DNA of 64,000 nucleotides, from contig DAIDIY010000048.1 of assembly GCA_027451625.1 (NCBI GenBank), positions 26,917-90,916 of the forward strand, given 5' to 3'. The first letter of the stretch is position 1; each line of letters opens with the position of its first letter. The translations under genes and the position numbers were made by a program. The stretch is from Candidatus Daviesbacteria bacterium (GTDB taxonomy: Bacteria > Patescibacteriota > Microgenomatia > Daviesbacterales > UBA10151). Below, one piece after another: positions 57,410 to 64,000 of this stretch. Below the pieces are notes generated by a model that had not been told where the DNA came from, did not search any database, and was given only the letters and a program-made list of their open reading frames with translations.

Positions 57410-57856
57410 ATGAAGTATTTAGATTTAAAAATAACAGCTTCATTAATAATAGCTGTTGTTGTTTTAGGAATAATTTATATTAGCTTTATACACAAAAAGG
57501 TAAACATAGAAAAACCGATTTCTTTCAATATCACTCCCAACATAGTTTCCACAGATCCTAACCCGCTAGATAATGCAGTCATATTTTCAAAGGAATCTTT
57601 TAGTATTACTTTCAACTTACCTATTCAAAATGTAGGTGAGTTAAAACATACAATTACACCTAAAATGGATTATTCATTAAAACTCTCTGATGATCGAAAA
57701 ACTGCAATTTTTACACCCAACAAACCTTTACCTATAGGAAAAGAGTATACTCTTCAAATCACAGGAGACACAAAGATGGATGGACCTTCTGGAATGATTC
57801 TTTTAGATCAAACCTTAATTTACCATATTAGAACAATTCCATATAATGGAGTTTAA
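57410..57856 (+). CDS. small membrane-anchored protein with Ig-like beta domain (hypothetical)
   Basis: N-terminal TM; the remainder is beta-rich. Last gene of the plus-strand block before dnaN. Confidence 0.35.
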   Translation: MKYLDLKITASLIIAVVVLGIIYISFIHKKVNIEKPISFNITPNIVSTDPNPLDNAVIFSKESFSITFNLPIQNVGELKHTITPKMDYSLKLSDDRKTAIFTPNKPLPIGKEYTLQITGDTKMDGPSGMILLDQTLIYHIRTIPYNGV

Positions 57857-57866
57857 TTGTTAACGA

Positions 57867-58967
57867 TTAGCTTAAGTTAATCGGCATAATAATATATTCA
57901 AGACTTGAGTCCTGCAAAGGCCTAACCAAAACAGCAGACAAGGAGCCAGAAAGCTGCATCTCTACTTCCGAATCAGGGAATGCGCCTAAGACATCCATCA
58001 AAAATTTTGCATTAAAAGCAATCTGAATCTCTTCTCCTAATACTTTGGCTGAAATTTCTTTTTTTTGGCCACCCAATTCTTTAGTCTCAGAGGTTAAGGT
58101 AATACCTTGGTTTCCCACAAAAAACTTTATAACATTAGCCTCTCCTCGAGCAAAAACAGAAGCCAACTTGACAGCCTTTAGAAGCTCATTTCTATCAAAA
58201 TTTACTGTTGTTTTTTTGTCAGTAGGTATAATTTTCTCCCAGGAAGGAAATTGTCCTTCAATCAAGCGTGATGAAAGTTTGGTATTACCAAAGCTAAAAA
58301 TTATTTGATTCTGATTATCAGAGGTTGAGATATTAACTTGCAGAGGTTTCTCTTCCGAAATTAATCTCAAGATTTCTTCTAAAGTTCTTCTTGGCACAAG
58401 AGCCTTAAAAGAGGAATCTTCATCAATCTCTACAACCTTGTGTGCTAATCTATACCCGTCAGTGGCCACAAACTGAAGTTTTTTATCTTTTATTTCAGTC
58501 AACACCCCAGTCAGAACTGGCCTTCCTTCATCCAAAGCCGAAGCAAAACTAACCTGAGGCAGACATGAATGGAGTGTATCTGCTTTCACTAGCGCAGTCT
58601 CTTTACCGCTTAAAGGAATCGCAGGAAACTCAGACGAGTCAATTCCATTAATAGTTGAAGAGAATGTTGGAGTTTTTATTTCCATTAAATTTGAATTAGC
58701 TGTAAATTCTATCTTTTCTCCTTGTAAATTAGAAACTAAATCCACAAGAGTACGTGCTGGCACACTAACAGCTCCTTCCTCGATAACTTCAGTCTTTATT
58801 GTTCTTACAACACCTACCTCTAAGTTTGTCGCTGAAACTTTCAGAGAGCCACTCTCTGCCTCTATAAGTATATTTCCCAGCACAGGAAGTTGAGCTTTCA
58901 TCCCCACAGATCTTGATGCTGAGTTTAATATGGGCATTATGTCTTGTTGAAGAATCGAAAATTTCAT
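57867..58967 (-). CDS. dnaN: DNA polymerase III beta sliding clamp
   Basis: N-terminus MKFSILQQDIMPILNSASRSVG...QLPVLGNILIEA and three-domain length (366 aa); downstream of dnaA. Confidence 0.9.
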   Translation of the reverse strand: MKFSILQQDIMPILNSASRSVGMKAQLPVLGNILIEAESGSLKVSATNLEVGVVRTIKTEVIEEGAVSVPARTLVDLVSNLQGEKIEFTANSNLMEIKTPTFSSTINGIDSSEFPAIPLSGKETALVKADTLHSCLPQVSFASALDEGRPVLTGVLTEIKDKKLQFVATDGYRLAHKVVEIDEDSSFKALVPRRTLEEILRLISEEKPLQVNISTSDNQNQIIFSFGNTKLSSRLIEGQFPSWEKIIPTDKKTTVNFDRNELLKAVKLASVFARGEANVIKFFVGNQGITLTSETKELGGQKKEISAKVLGEEIQIAFNAKFLMDVLGAFPDSEVEMQLSGSLSAVLVRPLQDSSLEYIIMPINLS

Positions 58968-58975
58968 TTTTTAAA

Positions 58976-59431
58976 TCATTGTTCTTTTCGTTGTGCGGAT
59001 ACAAACTTCTGAATCTCTTCCTCTCTAACTCTTATCAGACGAAAACTAACTCTTCCGCTTTGTATTAGGTTTTTAATGTGTTTTTCTTCTTCTGTCAAGA
59101 GAGCAGAATCTCCTGATTTAACCTCAATAAAATCTATCCTATCGTTATTTTTAATACCAATGAAGTCAATCGGCCAACCTAAAGGAACAATTCGATCGTA
59201 GTCGTAGCGCAGTTCAGCATAGGTTAGAAGTTCGGCCATTTTTCCTTTTTGTGGATTAATTGAACCTTGAATTGTTTGCAAAATCTTTACTGGAAGTTCC
59301 TGAACTCCACGATAAAGATCTATTAAATCTGTGGGGATATCTCCTCTTGGTTTTTGATGAACCCTTCCTAAAAGATATGCAATAAGTAAAGCAGATGCTC
59401 CAAGAAGACAATAAACTATTATTGGATTCAT
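58976..59431 (-). CDS. membrane-anchored PD-(D/E)xK-like nuclease-fold protein (YraN/Hjc-like), hypothetical
   Basis: N-terminal TM; core GWPIDFIGIKNNDRIDFIEVKSGDSALLTEEEK shows a D...(D/E)VK arrangement typical of the restriction-endonuclease-like fold. Confidence 0.35.
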   Translation of the reverse strand: MNPIIVYCLLGASALLIAYLLGRVHQKPRGDIPTDLIDLYRGVQELPVKILQTIQGSINPQKGKMAELLTYAELRYDYDRIVPLGWPIDFIGIKNNDRIDFIEVKSGDSALLTEEEKHIKNLIQSGRVSFRLIRVREEEIQKFVSAQRKEQ

Positions 59432-59439
59432 TGATTTGA

Positions 59440-59702
59440 TTATAACATGTGTTATTAAGTTATCCCCTATGGTTTGTTCTATTTTTTATTTATATATTAA
59501 ACAATAGTCGTATTAATAAGCGGGGTTGATATGTGGAATTTATAAAGTGAGCAGGCTTAAAATATGTGTGGATATCTTTTTAAAGCTAACTTAAATGTTT
59601 ATAGATTTTTTGATCTTGGTTTTTGGGTTTGATTAGTGTGTATAAAACAGGACCTTTTGTGGATAAGTTTGTGGATAAGTTGATAAGTATTTGTGGATAG
59701 TT
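59440..59702. promoter_or_regulatory. oriC candidate: DnaA-box cluster plus AT-rich unwinding region
   Basis: Perfect TGTGGATAA at 59658-59666 and 59670-59678; TGTGGATAG at 59692-59700; TGTGGATAT at 59567-59575; TGTGGAATT near 59532. AT-rich tract 59585-59640. Confidence 0.7.
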
Positions 59703-61022
59703 TTATCCTTGAGTAATAATTTGGCGAATCTCTATAATCATCCTTTGAAGTTCTCGATCTCTGTTAATAGTTGATCTCATCTTTTCCACTCCATGAAGAA
59801 TTGTGGTATGATCGCGTCCTCCTAAGATATCCCCTATTCTTTCATATGGAAGTTTACACTCTTCATATAAAAAGTACATTACAATTTGTCTGGGGATAAC
59901 CAGATCTCTTTTTCGCCTCGGACCGATTAGATCGCTTGTCTTAACATGGAAGTATTGATTAACACCTGTTATTACTTTTTTATAATCGGGAGCCTTTGCC
60001 GTATGAGAAGGTGTCCCGAGGTATTTATGAACAACGTCTTCTGATAATATTTGGTTCGTTAGTTTTGCTGCCTGCACTATCTGAATAAGCTTACCTTCTA
60101 ACTCCCTTGCGTTTGTATCCTGAGACTGCGCTATTATGGTGAGTATTTCATCCGAAATGTGCTCATTTCTTTCCATGCATTTTGCTCTTAAAATAGCAAC
60201 TCTAGTATCGAAGTCGGGATTTTGAATATCAACCATCAGTCCACCTTGAAATCTAGATCTTAACCTAGACTCCAAATCCTTCATTTGGTCCGGAGTTCTA
60301 TCGGAGGTTAAAATTATTTGTGAATTTTTAGTATGCAGCTCATTAAAGGTGTGGAAAAACTCCTCTTGAGTAGAATCCCTTCCTGAAATAAATTGAATAT
60401 CGTCTACTAAAAAAAGGTCGCAATTTCGATACTTTGCTCTAAATTCGCTGGTTTTTTTATTTTGTATAGATTGAATAAAGTCATTTGTATACTTTTCCGA
60501 TGTGCAGTAGATAATTTTTAAACCAGGATTTTTTTTAAATAATTCATTGCCGATGGCTTGCATAAGATGAGTTTTCCCGACGCCTGTTCCACCATAGATA
60601 AAAAGAGGGTTATAAGTTGTCCCTGGGGTCTGAACGACAGCTCTGGCCGCAGCGAAGGCTAAATTATTTGAGAGTCCGACTACAAAATTTTCTAAATTAT
60701 ACTTTGGATTTAATCCTACAGTAGGAACCTTGACCGTTGGTGTGGTAAACTCAAATTCAACTTCTGTTTCTTTAAGAGATTGTTTTACTTCGATAGAGAT
60801 TTCAGCCTCATCAGGGTAGACTTCTTTAAATGTATTACTTAATAGTGTAGGATACTTAGCCAGAATATTTTGCTTGATGAATGAAGATTCGACGTAAACA
60901 ATAAAGTGGTTTTTATCTTTTTGCTCTAAAGCCGTTTTCCCAAACCATATCCTAAAGTTAGCTTCAGATAACTGTGGGCGTATTCTTTCTAGAACGTTTT
61001 TCCATAGTTTTTGAGAGTCCAT
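59703..61022 (-). CDS. dnaA: chromosomal replication initiator protein
   Basis: Walker A GGTGVGKTHLMQA; Walker B LFLVDDIQFI; C-terminal DNA-binding signature RRKRDLVIPRQIVMYFLYE...GGRDHTTILHGVEKM. Confidence 0.95.
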   Translation of the reverse strand: MDSQKLWKNVLERIRPQLSEANFRIWFGKTALEQKDKNHFIVYVESSFIKQNILAKYPTLLSNTFKEVYPDEAEISIEVKQSLKETEVEFEFTTPTVKVPTVGLNPKYNLENFVVGLSNNLAFAAARAVVQTPGTTYNPLFIYGGTGVGKTHLMQAIGNELFKKNPGLKIIYCTSEKYTNDFIQSIQNKKTSEFRAKYRNCDLFLVDDIQFISGRDSTQEEFFHTFNELHTKNSQIILTSDRTPDQMKDLESRLRSRFQGGLMVDIQNPDFDTRVAILRAKCMERNEHISDEILTIIAQSQDTNARELEGKLIQIVQAAKLTNQILSEDVVHKYLGTPSHTAKAPDYKKVITGVNQYFHVKTSDLIGPRRKRDLVIPRQIVMYFLYEECKLPYERIGDILGGRDHTTILHGVEKMRSTINRDRELQRMIIEIRQIITQG

Positions 61023-61041
61023 CCAGCAATATTAGTGTAAA

Positions 61042-61050
61042 AGTTATCCA
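61042..61050 (+). promoter_or_regulatory. consensus DnaA box (TTATCCACA) in the dnaA upstream/rpmH divergent intergenic region
   Basis: Exact 9-mer match, 20 nt upstream of the dnaA start on the opposite strand. Confidence 0.6.
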
Positions 61051-61246
61051 CATTAAATAGGGGTAAAATACTACATAATAGGTCAGGACTTGTTACGGTA
61101 GAGTTTTAAAGAGAATTAGTTAGTATTAACATGCAAAAGCTATTATGGGAAGGTCTTTGTAAATTTACTTTTGGAAGCATCTGTTTTGACAGATATCAAC
61201 AGAGTCATTGAATTTTAGTTTAAAAATTAGTAAACTTCTTTCTACA

Positions 61247-61390
61247 ATGGCTAAAACTAAAAGGACCTACCAACCAAAGAAAATGAAACGTTTGCGGAAA
61301 CACGGGTTTTTAGAACGAAATTCTACTAGGGATGGTCGAAAAGTAATGAAGAGGCGAATTGCTAAAGGGCGAAGTAGAATTACTATTTAA
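61247..61390 (+). CDS. rpmH: 50S ribosomal protein L34
   Basis: [47 protein letters not shown] matches L34. Start taken at the internal Met. Confidence 0.85.
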   Translation: MAKTKRTYQPKKMKRLRKHGFLERNSTRDGRKVMKRRIAKGRSRITI

Positions 61391-61752
61391 TGCTATCAAA
61401 AGAAAAACGCCTTAATCTGAACTTAAGCTTCCGCTGGACAGCATCTGGAGAAAAAATATCACTTCCTTTTGTAAAGATATTTTATAGAACAGGTCATAAT
61501 AGTAACCCCCTTATAGGAGTATCTCTTTCAAAAACAAATTTTAAAACAGCCATTGAGCGTAATAGAGCGAAAAGGCTTTTAAGTGAAGCGTTTAACGAGC
61601 TTTACCCTAAAATAGAGCCTCATCTTAATATAGTAGCTATTCCCTATACTCAAGTGTTAAAATTATCTTCAAAAGAAATTCTGAAGGTTTTAAAAGATAA
61701 TTTTAATAGAAAAAGTTTATTGAGGATGTATAACGAAAGACCTTTTAAATAA
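61390..61752 (+). CDS. rnpA: ribonuclease P protein component
   Basis: RLNLNLSFRW...NPLIGVSLSK...AIERNRAKRLLSEAF (RNR motif); canonical position after rpmH. Confidence 0.8.
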   Translation: MLSKEKRLNLNLSFRWTASGEKISLPFVKIFYRTGHNSNPLIGVSLSKTNFKTAIERNRAKRLLSEAFNELYPKIEPHLNIVAIPYTQVLKLSSKEILKVLKDNFNRKSLLRMYNERPFK

Positions 61753-61758
61753 ATTGAA

Positions 61759-61959
61759 ATGAAAAGCTTAGTTGTTTTTGTTATTAATTTTTACCAATTT
61801 TTCCTTTCTTTTGATAGAGGGATGTTATCTGTTTTGGCTCCTGGTGGAGCTTGTAAATATTCCCCAACATGTTCTGAATATACAAAACAGATGATTCTAA
61901 AGTATGGTATCATAAAAGGCCTTATCCTTGGAGGAAAGAGAATTCTGTCATGTCGATAA
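61759..61959 (+). CDS. yidD: membrane protein insertion efficiency factor YidD
   Basis: CKYSPTCSEYTKQMILKYGIIKG matches YidD (CxFxPSCSxY...HG). Confidence 0.8.
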   Translation: MKSLVVFVINFYQFFLSFDRGMLSVLAPGGACKYSPTCSEYTKQMILKYGIIKGLILGGKRILSCR

Positions 61960-62753
61960 TAAGCCTAATAGGAGCACTTTTTAATTTAGTTTTTTTTGGG
62001 CCAATTGTTAATCTCTTGGTTTTAATTTTGCGTACGTTAGAGATCCTACATATTCCAGGAGCATTAGGTTTTTCAATAATTATTTTATCTGTATTAATTA
62101 GAATGTTGGTTTGGCCGTTTATGTCTTCTCAGCTTAAGGCTGCAAGAAAGATGGCGGAGCTTAAACCGCATTTGGATGAGCTAAAAAGAAAGCACGGTAG
62201 TGACAAGCAGGCTTTTGCTTCTGCTCAAATGGAGCTATATAAAGAGCATGGGGTCAATCCAGCAGCGGGTTGTTTGCCATCACTAGTCCAAATGCCTGTA
62301 CTTTGGGCGCTATATAGATCTATATTTGCTTTTTTTAGCGGACAGTCAGGATTGAGTCAGATAAATTCAATTTTATATATTCCAGCCTGGCACCTTAAAT
62401 CTGTGCCTAACCTCACATTTTTTGGCTTGAATTTAGCTACCAAACCTTCAGATTTTATGCATTTAGGATATCTTCTTCTTTTAATACCTTTAGTTACCGC
62501 TGGACTGCAGTTTATTCAGAGTAGAATGATGACTCCAAAACCAATTCAAGCTTATCCGAAGGACACTAAAAAGGAAGAAAAAGAGAAGGAATCTCTAGAT
62601 GAATCAATGGCGGCGATGCAGACCCAAATGATGTATATGATGCCTCTCATGATAGGTTATTTTGCATTTCAGTTTCCAATCGGATTATCAATCTATTGGA
62701 ATACAGTAACTATCTTTAGTATCCTCCAGCAAAAAATTCTATTTAAGGATTGA
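61950..62753 (+). CDS. yidC: membrane protein insertase YidC/Oxa1 family (short form)
   Basis: GFSIIILSVLIRMLVWPF...QLKAARKMAELKPHLDELKRKHG...NPAAGCLPSLVQMPVLWALY is conserved YidC core TM2-TM3. Confidence 0.85.
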   Translation: MSIISLIGALFNLVFFGPIVNLLVLILRTLEILHIPGALGFSIIILSVLIRMLVWPFMSSQLKAARKMAELKPHLDELKRKHGSDKQAFASAQMELYKEHGVNPAAGCLPSLVQMPVLWALYRSIFAFFSGQSGLSQINSILYIPAWHLKSVPNLTFFGLNLATKPSDFMHLGYLLLLIPLVTAGLQFIQSRMMTPKPIQAYPKDTKKEEKEKESLDESMAAMQTQMMYMMPLMIGYFAFQFPIGLSIYWNTVTIFSILQQKILFKD

Positions 62754-62789
62754 CTCTAACTCTATCTTCTTTTATACTTAGCCAAGCTT

Positions 62790-63287
62790 ATGGAATCACA
62801 AGTCTCAGAAATCTTAGAAAATATATTAGGAATGCTAGCTTTAGAGGGTAATTTTGAGGTTGTAGAAGGACCAGAAGAGGTTACGGTTACGATAGAAACT
62901 GCTGATGCGGGGAGGCTGATAGGCTTTAAAGGAGAGACACTTGACTCCCTCCAGCTGCTTGCTAATCAAATTTTAGGTAAAAAATCAGAAAAATTTAAAA
63001 GGGTGGTTATAGATGTTGCTGGATGGAGAAAAAACAAAGAAGGTGACTTAGAGAATAGGGCAAGATATTGGGCAGATGAAGTTAAGGAATCTAAAAAAGA
63101 GATTGAATTAGATCCGATGCCTGCATGGCAGAGAAGAATTGTACATATGGTGATTTCAGAGATAGGCGGAGTCGAAACGGAAAGTGTTGGTGAAGGTGCA
63201 GAAAGACATTTGATAATAAAGCCTACTGGAGGTTTGGTCAAGAGTGAGGAAGAAACCTCCACGGACGATCCTTCTTCTAAAGAATAA
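62790..63287 (+). CDS. jag: Jag/KhpB RNA-binding protein (KH plus R3H)
   Basis: KH-like GRLIGFKGETLDSLQLL and R3H MPAWQRRIVHMVISEIGGVETESVG; canonical position after yidC. Confidence 0.8.
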   Translation: MESQVSEILENILGMLALEGNFEVVEGPEEVTVTIETADAGRLIGFKGETLDSLQLLANQILGKKSEKFKRVVIDVAGWRKNKEGDLENRARYWADEVKESKKEIELDPMPAWQRRIVHMVISEIGGVETESVGEGAERHLIIKPTGGLVKSEEETSTDDPSSKE

Positions 63288-63363
63288 CTTGCTAACGATA
63301 CTTACTGTTGCATTAAAGGATCTCTTTTAATTGATTGTTTTTGAATATATACTTCTTAAGATA

Positions 63364-64000
63364 GTGAAGGATTTTTTTTCAAGTTCGATAGTCTCCAAGG
63401 TTACAATTCAAACGTTCTGGCAGCTCTTAGCAAAGCTAATATCTTCTTTTGCAACACTCATCCTTCTGGGGATAATAACCAGAAACTTTTATGAAAGCGG
63501 TACGGGGATATACACCTTATCCTCTACAACAATATCTTTTATATACCTCGCGATAGACTTCGGGATTAATGCCCATCTCGTATCTGAAATCATAAGAAAT
63601 AAAAATTATGGAGAATGGCAAGAAGTCTTAGGTAGTAGGGTTATACTAGTCACTCTCTTGCTTTTAATTATAGATTTAATGTTTTTATTAATACCCGGTA
63701 TTAACGAATTATTTAGAATGTCCGTATTAATTGGAGATATTTCAGCACTAGGTTATTCCCTTTTTATAACCTCTCAAGTCGTTTTTCAAGTTGAAGGAAG
63801 ATTTGATCTCTATTTTATCTCATCTTTGGTAGCATCTCTTTTTACTCTCGCCCTAACCATCATTATTATATATTTAACTCGGTTTATTCCAGGATTATTT
63901 ATAGCAACTGCATTTTCATGGGGCGTTGCTGGGCTTCTTTCACTTATTCTTGTAAAACGGTACGTTAAAATTAAACCTTTGTTTAATATCAATTTTTTAA
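63364..64000 (+). CDS. polysaccharide/lipid-linked oligosaccharide flippase-like multi-TM protein (Wzx/MurJ-like), 5' partial running off the window
   Basis: Open frame from GTG 63364 (alternative TTG 63331) to the window end, with six hydrophobic helices. Not in the ORF track because there is no stop inside the window. Confidence 0.4.
   Translation, partial: MKDFFSSSIVSKVTIQTFWQLLAKLISSFATLILLGIITRNFYESGTGIYTLSSTTISFIYLAIDFGINAHLVSEIIRNKNYGEWQEVLGSRVILVTLLLLIIDLMFLLIPGINELFRMSVLIGDISALGYSLFITSQVVFQVEGRFDLYFISSLVASLFTLALTIIIIYLTRFIPGLFIATAFSWGVAGLLSLILVKRYVKIKPLFNINFL

Noticed and set aside
61208-61246. 13-codon N-terminal extension of rpmH
   Set aside because: L34 is ~45 aa and universally starts [11 protein letters not shown]. 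The extension has no counterpart.
1-64000. CRISPR arrays, rRNA genes, RNase P RNA, SRP RNA
   Set aside because: No regularly spaced direct repeats in any intergenic region. No rRNA-like conserved stretches. No RNase P RNA (GAAAGUCCGG) or SRP RNA core motifs in the non-coding gaps. The only long non-coding gap, 33324-33855, is explained by tmRNA.

Overview
This is a low-GC (~35%), gene-dense chromosomal window from a small-genome bacterium. The short gene products and overall content look like a Candidate Phyla Radiation (Patescibacteria-like) organism, but I could not test that. It spans the replication origin: dnaN, then dnaA on the minus strand, diverging from rpmH-rnpA-yidD-yidC-jag on the plus strand, with DnaA boxes on both sides of dnaA.

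Housekeeping genes I could support from the protein sequences include murF, ddl, pgk, a PBP5-like carboxypeptidase, a GH18 hydrolase, trxB, gmd, rpoD-dnaG, smpB and a histidine kinase.

There are 13 tRNA genes and a tmRNA (ssrA). One of them is a tRNA-Asn(GUU) gene interrupted by a 226-nt group I intron between anticodon positions 35 and 36; the conserved P, Q, R and S elements are all recognisable.

The main accessory locus (about 38.2-57.9 kb, next to the origin) looks like a type IV secretion or conjugation-like pilus system. It has five consecutive VirB2/TrbC-like pilin-fold genes (one an internal tandem duplicate), a 647-aa secreted protein whose C-terminus is the same pilin module, a VirB6-like polytopic protein, and a VirB4 ATPase split into two overlapping ORFs with a Gln/Pro-rich insertion. 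It also includes a VirB10-like Pro-rich membrane protein, a large multi-domain HExxH and cell-wall-hydrolase-like protein, and two large orphan proteins on the opposite strand. A separate VirD4/TraG-like coupling ATPase sits at 15.6-18 kb beside a XerD-like recombinase and an unusual tRNA-Ile(UAU).

Three adjacent minus-strand genes (SucC-like, SucD-like, and a short citrate-synthase C-terminal-like protein) are collinear with AclB and a split AclA. This could be a split ATP-citrate lyase or a citryl-CoA synthetase plus lyase module. A transposase lies between smpB and ssrA, and a degraded methyltransferase pseudogene lies next to the intron-bearing tRNA.
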